Source: Paraspadella gotoi
Taxonomy: Eukaryota; Animalia; Chaetognatha
NCBI GenBank assembly: GCA_051294375.1
Contig: CM119263.1
Location: 2,842,326 to 2,906,325 of the forward strand
Direction: 5' to 3'
DNA length: 64,000 nucleotides
The notes beneath the pieces were generated by a model. It was not told the origin of the DNA. It searched no databases and saw only the letters and a program-made list of their open reading frames with translations. Of the stretch, positions 24,576 to 35,860 are shown piece after piece. Position 1 is the stretch's first letter. The number at the start of each line of letters is the position of its first letter. Both the position numbers and the translations under genes were made by a program.

Positions 24576-24986
24576 CACAAAAATGAAGCCATGAGAAACA
24601 AGCAGTGTGGGTGAGATAAGTTAAAGACTAAAAACAATGGGATTTTTGATTGAGACAGTTTAGCTTTTGGGTCAAGTAACGAGTATTTTTATTAGCCTAC
24701 AGAGGAGAAGAAAAACAATTCACAGCGATAGACACAGCTATTAATGATAGACTTTGTTAAGTTTAAAAAATCAGTTATAAATGTCAAATCTTTTCCGAAC
24801 GACTGATTAGTTGCAGTGCTGTTGACAAATAACACTAAATTGACTAATTAAATTAGGACAATATCGTAGAACCCTTCTTGAATATTATTTTGGCAATAAT
24901 TCTTATTATGTAAATCTTAACCAATTTATACAAAATGCATTAAATTAGGGCGAAAACATGTTCATCAGGTAAATTTTTTTTTTAAT

Positions 24987-25579
24987 TTAAGGATGATCAA
25001 GCGTGTAGTTCTCCATATTTCTTTTCATAACTTCAATACAAGGGCCAAGAAGTCTTTCAAAGCATTCTTTTTTAAGAAAAGCAACTTTACAAGGGCCAAC
25101 GGCATAAGCGTTTGCTGAGCGAGGCTTGTTTTCCACGAGCGCTAGTTCGCCTGTCAAACAAATTTTGATAAAATAAAACGTTTGCCATTTTCTTATTAGA
25201 TCTCTGGTATAAATCATTCGCTACGTGGCGTTAGAGAATTCGAAAGAATTTCCCACGAACGTACCTTTTGTTTTCAAAAATATCTGAACGATTTTCATTT
25301 CATTTTCAAATACTGTAATGAAAATAAATTTTATAGTTATACTCATTATACTCCCTGTCCTTGTGATGACGTTTAAACATCTGAACTATTTATATTTTGA
25401 TTTAATTTTTTTTGTTATGATTCTTTCTTTTCGTTGTGTTTGTAAATTAGGAAAAACAGTTTTTAAGGTCAACAACGATTTATTATTGGATATAAGTCGG
25501 ACAAGTTTCAACTCTTTATTAAGAGTCTTCTTCAGCGATTTTTAATAATCAACAATTTTCTCTCTTTAACATTAGCTTT

Positions 25580-25623
<44 letters not shown>

Positions 25624-27389
25624 TTTCCAACAAGAATTTAGAAGGATAGTGGTCAGATGTGAGGACAGGTGAAGGTAAGGACAGGGAAGAAGATAAGATT
25701 GGTTTGAAACTTGAAAGGTGAAAAAATTGAGAGAGAGAGAGAGAGAGAGAAGCAACAGAGGCAGAGAAAATAATTACATTTAGCACATGTACAACAGAAT
25801 AATAAATGGAAAACTTAATACTAAACTAGTAATAACAAAAAGAAATTAATAATTTAGTTAACTATTAAGAATGAAATGTGAAAGGGAAAATAAGTTGTTA
25901 GGATAGATAAGTGAAGGTGTTAGTGAAAGTAAGATAAAGAAAGAGCTCAAAAAAGAGCTGGCCCCCCCCGGCCTGGCAAATGTAGGACGTGAGCGATGTG
26001 ATCGGGTCATTGGCTTGTCATAGACTGGAAGTGTATTGTAGTAGGCTGGGGTATGATTCCCAAGGCCGTTCTAATATCCCTCTGGCCTGATAAGCCTGCC
26101 GACGGCCCTCCTCTCGCCTGACGACGAGGCGGGTGATTATCTGTTCTGGCCTGCTTAAATGCAGGGATACAGATTCCTCTCCTTCTTCCTGCAGCCGTCG
26201 TTTTGGGCGACGCTCGGTGCGAGGAGAGTCACACCAAGTTGCTGCAAGTTTGGGAGAGGCATCGGGCGTCCATTGCCTGCTGAGAGGCCTCCGCCTGACC
26301 CGTTGAGTAGGGACGGGGAATCACCGTGCGGTTGGGGTGGCGTTGGGCGTTCCACCTCCATTTTGATAAGCGAATCATAGCTTGGAGGGAGGTCGAATCG
26401 TCCTCCATCACGGTTCAGAGAGGGCTCGAGGGCTTTGATGTAAATTGCCTCTCTAATACCTCTAGTGAACCAGTTTTTGGTCATGGGACAGCACGAGACA
26501 GTCCGTCTCTCTAAACAGATGGCCAGAAGATGCTGAATGCTCGGCAATAGCCGACAGAAAGTGACCACGGGCGTCACGATAGGGCTTTATGTGCTGTTTG
26601 AACCGATTCGACCTCCCTCCAAGCTATGATTCGCTTATCAAATGGAGGTGGAACGCCCAAGCCACCCAACCGCACGGTGATTCCCCTGTCCCTACTCAAC
26701 GGTCAGGCGGAGGCCTCTCAGCAGGCAATGGACGCCCGATGCCTCTCCCAAACTTGCAGCAACTTGGTGTGACTCTCCTCGCACCGAGCGTCGCCCAAAA
26801 CGACGGCTTGCAGGAAGAAGGAGAGGAATCTGTATCCCCTGCATTTAAGCAGGCCAGAACAGATAATCACCCGCCTCGTCGTCAGGCGAGAGGAGGGCCG
26901 TCGGCAGGCTTATCAGGCCAGAGGGATATTAGAACGGCCTTGGAATCATACCCCAGCCTACTACAATACACTTCCAGTCTATGACAAGCCAATGACCCGA
27001 TCACATCGCTCACGTCCTACATTTGCCAGGCCGGGGGGGGCCAGCTCTTTTTTGAGCTCTTTTCTTTATCTTACTTTCACTAACACCTTCACTTATCTAT
27101 CCCTAACAACTTATTTTCCCTTTCACATTTCATTCTTAATAGTTAACTAAATTATTAATTTCTTTTTGTTATTACTAGTTTTAGTATTAAGTTTTCCATT
27201 TTATTATTCTGTTGTATCATTGCTAAATGTAATTATTTTCTCTGCCTCTGTTGCTTCTCTCTCTCTCTCTCTCTCTCAATTTTTTTCACCTTTCCAAGTT
27301 TCAACCAATCTTATCTTCTTCCCTGTCCTTACCTTCACCTGTCCTCACATCTGACCACTATCCTTTCTAAATTCTTTGTTGGAATCTCC

Positions 27390-27441
<52 letters not shown>

Positions 27442-29912
27442 ACTCTCAAAGCTAATGTTAAAGAGAGAAAATTGTTGATTATTAAAAATCGCTGAAGAAG
27501 ACTCTTAATAAAGAGTTGAAACTTGTCCGACTTATATCCAATAATAAATCGTTGTTGACCCTTAAAAACTGTTTTTCCTGATTTAATTTTTTTATTGGCC
27601 ACTGTTATCTTTTATTCATATACTCATTTTATACAATATATTACTGTTTAATATAAAAAATGTTCTATAAATTTACTGGATTACGCACCGAGATAGGATC
27701 CCGTTTTACAGACGGAGATTTCCCTTTCCGAGGCGTCGGACTCTGTCAGCGTGATGTTGACCGAACCCGATTCGATGAAAAACATTCCGTCAGCCTGGTC
27801 GCCCTGTGGACATGAGGGGAAGGGAAGTTGAGATCACCGGCGTCAAATCAAATCTTCAGTCTTTCTTATCGCGCGTAAAACATTGCGCTACTATTCTATC
27901 TGGATGATGGATTGATTTTGACAGTTAATATTCCGGTGGAAAAAGAAGTCATTGCTGTATTTTGAATTTTCTGGACATTAACTGTATTAAAACATGTCGT
28001 ACAATGAAGCTAACGTCAGCGAGGAAGTCATTGGTAGTAGGAGTGATGATATTATTTGATATTATTTAAAATTCATTAAAAAACAAACAAAAAAAACTAG
28101 GGTCCGGAAAACCTTTTAATTACCTGGATGGATTGACTAAAACCCTCGAAGCTAAAGAGGCGAGTTGAAAAAATAAAGAAATTAATAAACAAAAGGTTGA
28201 TATTTTTCTTGGTCGTTTTAAAACCCTAGGATGGAAATACCGAACCGGAAGCGATGGGGGATGCGGGTGACGGACCGACACAAGAACCGACGGCTCCAGG
28301 TTGATTCCGTTCATTCTTCAACTGTCACAAATCCCTGAGCATTGAGTGAGCCATCAGTGTGCGAAGATAATTAACCGATGAGCTCTTTTCCACCATCCAA
28401 GCGCTATCGCCGACACCGGAAACGCTGTATCGCGGCCCCGAACGAGGATTTCAGGCGCCCCGTGGCGATGTTCGTCACGACCATCGCGGTTTTAGAGATA
28501 GATGCTTATTTTCCAACCGCGCCGCTCGCAGTCAACCGGAAATTCGAGCGCCGGCGTCGTCCGTCGACGCTTCTCTCGACCACAAAGCGGATAACGAGGG
28601 TGAGACCCGGCGGGAGTGGGGATCGCCACGCCCAACTGGAAAGTGGAATGTAGCTCTCGACGAATTCGGTTCCGAGTCTGATTTGAACTGCTTTGAATGC
28701 TCTAGATCGTAGATACAATTTTGGTGGAAAATTCTTTATTTTCCTCTTAAAATTCCATTAAAAATATGAAATGAGACTCGTTTCGATGAAAATAAATAAT
28801 GGTCAAAGAAATAATAACAACAGAGATACAAGAAGTTCGGTTTTCCCTTTTTTAGATTTTGCCGGATTCCGATGTCGTTATTTTCCTAAGACTCAGTATC
28901 TCTCAGGAATCGGCCTGGATCACAGCTCCGAACGTTTCGAATTGTCAAACGACTCAAAAACTGACTCGATCGCGAAGAAAAATCAGGTCTGATTGTGTCA
29001 AGTGTGATTCGGCTATTGATTGATATTGTTTTAAAAAAATAATTGTGTCTCCGCGATTCAGGCGGAGACGTCTTTCGTCCAACGCGTGTCGTCTGATTCA
29101 CGGAGTCACTGCGCCGATTTGAGAAACATGGAACGGAATCTGCAAAGACGCCCCAACAAGAAAACAGAAAGGTGTCCTTTTAACTGAGGCTGTATTAGTA
29201 TTAGTATTTTAAAGTAATAAACAATTTTGCCCGGCGGCGTCTCTTTTTACTTCGATTTAGCTAAATGACCTTTTTTTTTTCACCGAGACTTAACAGCCAC
29301 TCTCACAATGAAGATAAACGGAATAAGCTCGTAAAATGAAAAGCACATTGGTCCCCCGAGCGCTCTCTCTTCTCTCTCCCCCTCCTCCCTCCCCCCTCCC
29401 ATCCAACTCATCTCTGTTTCTCTCTCGTTGTCTCTCCACTACAAACTGTAGTTTATTACCTCGCTGTACTCAATGACGTCAACCCGCCGAGATTATGTAA
29501 ACAAAAGGGCATTTCATGCGACGGTAAAGCAGAGGGTGGGGGGTAAGGACTACGAAAAGGGGGCAGAGGGCAAAGGTAGGGTTGTTTTCTCGCGGTCGGA
29601 TTCAAGGTTGGCGTCTGCCCAAAATCTCTTTCCATCTGAGGCATAAACGCTTCTCAGGGCCGAGGAGGTTAATCGGCAACGAGATTTTGTCTCGAAGCGA
29701 ATATGGGCAAATCGTAAACAAGAAAGAAAAAAAAAGGGAAAGAAAAAGTCGTTTGCTCATTTCTTCTTTTTTCCCCTTTTTTTTTAAGGCTGAGAAAGAA
29801 AGAAGGCGGGAAGGAAGAGACGGAGAATTTGTCCAACATTCTCAAATCTGTCTACCAACGAAATTCTCACAGGAACGCCGATGACGTCATTCTGGCGCTA
29901 AAAGCCGAGCAG

Positions 29913-29957
<45 letters not shown>

Positions 29958-32900
29958 GAATAAAGGCCCCCGCGGGCCTGAGGGGAACAGTTTCCGGTTT
30001 TAGTCGAATCGTCATGGGAATAAGAAAGGGGGAGAAAGAGGTTTTGGCACGATTACGATATTCGTCGCTAGATGGCGCGTCGCGACGTCGTTCGCGTCTT
30101 CCCGCGCCATTTCCTTTCCTCCAACGCCGCGCTCTCTTTTCCCCTTTCGACAAGGCGACGCCGGCGATGATTTCTTGGAAACGCGGTCGTCGCGAAATCG
30201 CGGAAATGAGCGCCGGGTTTAGAAAGGTGGCGCCGCCCAAGAATTCGAGCCTCTCCAAAGACGGCGTCAATCTTTACAACAACAACAACAAAGTGGACCA
30301 CGACGAAGAGGAAAGGGGGAAAAGAGGAGAACCCGGAGGAAGAGTGAGCTGCAACGATGTCATGGAGGAATTGAGGCAACAACCGATGGTTTTGAGGGAG
30401 AAAGAGGAATTAAGGTGAGTAGGAAAGGAAAGGAGGAAGGAAGAAAGAAAGAAACAAGGAAATAAAGAAAGGAAAGGAAAGAAAGAAACTATTAACCCGC
30501 CTCCCCAAAAAATATTTTTTTTGCTAATGGGAATCCGGAGAACACTAAAAAGGAAATTGAAAAAAAATAATTTCCCGAAGAAGATTTTAGCTTCGAAGTT
30601 TTTTTGAAAAAGAGGATTTGGTTTTAACGTTTTCCATTTTCCCTTCATTTTTTAAAATCTGTGTTTTGTTATTTTTTTGTTTTTTTCTTGGACTTTTCTT
30701 CTTTTCTGCGAAGTCGGTCACGACCCCTGGTTGGGATGAACTCCCACGGGGTTGTGAGTTTGTGACGAAGAGAAAATGTTGTGAAGTGAGTGGGCGAGAT
30801 CAGAGAAAAAGGCGGATTTGTGAATGGAAAAAAGAAAAGATTTTATATCTTGATTGTTTTTCTTTTTTTATCCTATATTTATATAAATAACGATTTTTAA
30901 CCAGGAGCGCCGTTCTGACTTCGGCGTCTCGTCGATCCGGACCGGCGACGTTCGATCGACGCCGTCACGTGGACGAAATGCGACGCCAGATGATGGCGCG
31001 GCGCCGACGAGAGCCGGGCGGCGTCAGATCATTTTTCGCGGCACTGCAGAAGGAATTCGGTCATCCGATAACCTCGTGAGAGAAAGAAAGAAAGAAAGAA
31101 AGAAAGAAAAGATAAGATTTTCCCTATCTTTCCAGATATTTCGACTTTCTCCTCTGGCTCATCCTTCTCAACCTTTGCATCGCCGTCATCGTCGCACTCT
31201 TTCTCGTTGTCCCTCGTTACCTCCCCTGGCCGAGCGTCATTATCGGCGACAACGGCGCCGGGAACGCCAAGGCCAACTTGACGAGCCGCTTGAAGGGGGA
31301 GATTCCGATCGGCGTCGCGCGAAGACTCGCTGTCCCAGCGGAGACGCAGTCCGGATCCGGCGGCGGAAACTCGAGCGAAATTGATGGATCAAACGTTGAT
31401 GGCGGTGAGTTTTTTTAATGTTCATTGTTCGATGCGGACTTAATGTTGTGAAATCGGGTTCGTTTGAAAGATTCTTTCTCCTTCTAGAAACGACAACGAC
31501 GACGACGACCCCGAGTCGCTCGTGCCCCGCCTCCTCGACCCTCGAATCCTCCGTCGCCGCCTTCATATCCGGCTCCAGATTCATGACCTCCGACGTCCCG
31601 CTCTTCTTCGGCTTCTTCGACAACTACGTGGAGTTGAGTGTCCGCATCACGTCTTACATCCGGATGGAGTACATCACGGGGATCGCATACGTGGTGTCGC
31701 TGACGGCGTGTTTGTATCTCGCCGTCTTCCTCGTCATATTTAAGGTCATAGGATGGTTCATAGGTTTGGGTGGTCACTTATACGAAAATGATGGGTCAAA
31801 GAATAAGGTGGTGGCAGTCGGAAGACGATGGTGCACTTGGTGACAAGATTTGGGTTAATGGGAGAGTTTGTAGGACGGGGGCCGAAACATTTAGGATGCT
31901 GAAATGAGCGATCAGATTGAATCGAATGTTTTTATAGATTTATCCAGAACTATAGTCTGAATTGAATAGAGCCGACTTCCTCTTCCAGATGCTCCCCTAT
32001 CTCCAAGAGTCTCTCGCCCACAAGTTGGACAGGGTCGATCGGGGATTCTCGCTGATGCTCTTCACGACCTTCGACTTTGGCGCCTCCGACGAAACGACCG
32101 TCATCCTCAATCAGGTCCTCGATTCCTCAGAGACTTCGACCCGTTGCTCTTTTGTTGATTTTTATCTCGATCTCCTTTAGATCGTTTTGACGGACGAGCT
32201 TCTCTCCAAACTCGATGCCGTCGACGAGACGATCGGGCGACGGCGGCGCCGGGTCCGCCGCTGCTGCGACGTCGTGCTGCGCTGCATCGTGGCTATTTTG
32301 CTGTCGGCCGTCTTCCTGCTCTGCGTGTGGCTCGTCAAACTGGCCGTCGACGTGAGACCCGCGACGGAGGTGTCGGCGGGCCAGTGGTGCGCCTGGTCGT
32401 TGCTGCTGGATTATTTGGCGCCTCTCACGCTCTTCGCCGTCGTGAAACTCTTCAGTCTCTTTTCGACGGCCATGTCGAATGTGGAGAATTGGAAACCGGC
32501 GACCAAGCAGAAGATCAATCAGGTTATTCTTGAATTTATTTATTCAATTGCTTTATTTCTTTCTAGTTTTTATTTATTTATTTAGGCTCGCATTGTGACC
32601 ACCATGATCGCTCTCACTCTTTGCTACATGTACTGGTTGCGAGCGGGCGGACCGGACGTCGACTGCGAAAGAGATCGATGCTATTTTGTTCGCGAGTCGA
32701 GCGGCGTCGGCGTTTGCCGCGTGGATCCGCGAGACAGCGCCTCCCGCGGCGGCTGCGGCTGCTGGCCCGTCACCATCGGACAGCACTTTTACCGCCTCTC
32801 GACGATCGACTTCGCCTGGACCTTTCTCTCGGTCGTGTTGGTTCAATTTCCGAGGAAGTTCCTCTTCTCTCAACTCTGTCTTCATCGCTCTTGCGGCAGA

Positions 32901-35196
32901 TTCTCCATTCAGCCGTTCAGCATCACGAGGTAGTTCGACGAGGGGGGGGGTGGAGTTGATAAAGAGAACCGTTGTTCCGTCTTGTTCCTGCGTGAGTCCT
33001 TCCACCACCCTATTCTCTTTTTCTCAGACGCATGACCGACCTGATCTTCGCTCAAATGATCTGCCTGCTGGGCCTGTTCTACGCGCCTGGTCTATCTCTT
33101 CTAACCTCCGTCAAGTTCCTCGTCTTCTTCTACCTGATGCGCCTGACCGTCCACTGCAACTGCATTCCCAAAGGACGTCTCTTTCAGTCCACGGACGGCG
33201 TCGTCTTTTCTTACTCTCTCCTTCTGGCCGGCGCCGTCCTGGCGACCTTTCCCTTTCACCTCGTCGTCATGCAGGGATTTCCGGCGCCGTGCGGTCCTTA
33301 CCGCGGGATGGAGAGGTTCAGTCAGTTGTTTCGGATGGTGAGGCGAAGCGGTGTGGGGGGGAGGTGAGAAGAGAGAGGGTGGGGATTCGTTTTGGACGGT
33401 AAGAGGCTTTCAAAAGAAATTGTCAACAAGAAGTTATGAATTTTCTGATATCTTGAATTTTTAACCCTTTTGTTTCGGGAACGACCGTGTTTTAGAGATT
33501 TCGTTCGACTATTTAGAAATTTGATTTTTCTTTTATTGTTGATTCTAATAGCTTAACGATCCGTTCATGCGAATGTCCTCTAGAATATAAAAAGGATGGG
33601 GAAATATAAAAAAAAAGTAAAAAGGAAAATAAAATCCCTCTTTTTCTCGGGTGACTGACGGCGACCCTCAGGACGTCCTCCGTCACTACCTTCCGTCGAG
33701 GATGGGCAACGCCCTCGTCATCTTCCTCGACTCTCCCTTGACTCCTCTCCTCCTCTTCGTCTTCATCACGAGCATCATCATCTTCGTCATCTGCGGCGTC
33801 GTCAATGGGGTTGAGAAGAGGAAGCTATATCAGATGCAGGTGGGATGGGGTCGGGAAGAGGAAGCTTTACCAGATGCAACCAGTTGCAATCTAATGACCA
33901 AAATTCTAAATCTAAACCAAACACGAATCAACGGTAACCATAGGAACCATTTTAATTTTAGATAAAAATTTTCGCGCCTTTAGAACGAATGCCACATCGA
34001 ACGTCGCGATCGCAGTTTCTTACTTCGCCGCTTAGCCGCGTCGCGCCCCGCGCCGGAGCAGCAACAACAGCAGACGCCGCCGCCAGAGCCGCAGCAGTGA
34101 ACGCCGACGGGAAAAATCGAAGGCAAACATAAGAACACAAAAGACAAATAAAGCCCGGAGATTTTTTTTTCTCCCGCACAATTTGAATCCCTTTGGATCC
34201 GTGAAGATTAAGACGGATGGTTCTGCTACTAGGTTAAAGACTGTGAAAGTTGTCTTTTTTAAATGTTTATTGAGAATATACATCGGGAGTTTTGATTACT
34301 ATTATTCGGGTTTTTTTTCCTTCGAGAAAATTAAGAAATTATTTTCTGTCTCTCTCCTTTTTTTTCTTTTCTTTTCTTCTCTGTTCCTCTCTATCTCTGT
34401 TTTTCTCACAACCAAGCAGTGCTAGCACGCTATGTCTTTTCCTCTTAATGATTTCTCTTTCGTCCACCATCTGGCAATGTTTCTCTCTCCCTCTTTACGG
34501 ATATCGAACGTCAAGATTGGTTTATTAGGCCGGGAACAGTTAAAACTAGAAGTTTCTCTCAATAAATAAGTGATAAAGTGACTGTTTAGGAAATTATGAA
34601 AATAAAAATAATTTTAAAAAATTATCTTATTAATAAGCGCACGGAAGATTTATGATTATTTTATTACTATAATAAAAGTTAAAAATTTTTTTTGGAATTT
34701 TTCAAACTTTTTTTTAAATGGATTCTGATAGAGCTTTTAAAAGTTAGATAAAGGTTATTAATACACAAATTTTTAAAAATTTTTTTGTTTATTGATAAAA
34801 ATTTTAAAAAACTATAAAATTCATTCAAATGATGATGATGATGATGATTTTTTTAAACGTTTTTTTCTGTTTTTTAACCAATTCTTGTCAAAAATTTTTA
34901 AAAATATGTAGTAACTAACTTTCATTTAAACTTTTCAAGCTCTATAGGAATCCGTTCTTTAAAACAATTTTTTTCTATAAAAAAATTTTTGTCATTTGTT
35001 TATATACTATAATTATTTTAATTATAAATATTTAAAAGCTTCAGTGCAAACAACCAATGAACTATTCAAAAAGTTGCATTGAAAAATCGATTGAGTAATG
35101 ACAGGAAAAAAAGGATTTTTTTGAAGAGAATTAAAAGTTGTAAAAAGTGGTTCAATTTTGGCCGCCTTATTGTTTAATCCCGCTCTCTGCTCTCTA

Positions 35197-35246
<50 letters not shown>

Positions 35247-35272
35247 CTTTCTTCTCTCTCCCTCTTTTTCCT

Positions 35273-35308
<36 letters not shown>

Positions 35309-35310
35309 CT

Positions 35311-35354
<44 letters not shown>

Positions 35355-35472
35355 CGTCACGTGATGAGTGGCTTCCATAAAACTTCGATCCATTTTTTTT
35401 CTCCTCCTCAGTTCTCTACGAGGTGTTGAGAGTGGGCGTGAGAAAACAAACAAAACTCACTCACTCTCTCTC

Positions 35473-35551
<79 letters not shown>

Positions 35552-35783
35552 GCGACCCGTGACTTCGCTATGACCGCGCGGCGTTTGTATCCATCGACTA
35601 ACGTCGAGAGTTCGTATTCCCCGTTTCTACCCGAACTGAATAATTCGTTTGCTGTTCTCTCCTTCTTTCCTCCTCCTCCTCCTCCTCCTCCTCCAGTGCC
35701 TCACCCTCTTCGTGACCCTTTCGTCCTCGGCGCTCCGAACATCGCGTGCCGATTACACGACGCTCTTTGACCGACTTTCGTGG

Positions 35784-35860
<77 letters not shown>

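Larger units (their letters stand above)
25449..27579. mobile_element. Penelope-like retroelement remnant arranged as a ~950-bp inverted repeat (arms ~25449-26400 and ~26604-27579) around a ~200-bp spacer
   Basis: Arms are reverse complements of each other with a few indels. Minus-strand peptide [37 protein letters not shown] (~26480-26365) matches the C-terminus of PLE GIY-YIG endonucleases. Hammerhead motif near each outer end. Confidence 0.82.

Noticed and set aside
26155-26984. ORFs 26155-26577 (-) and 26589-26984 (+) as host genes
   Set aside because: They are the two mirrored ends of a truncated Penelope-like ORF with no reverse transcriptase part.
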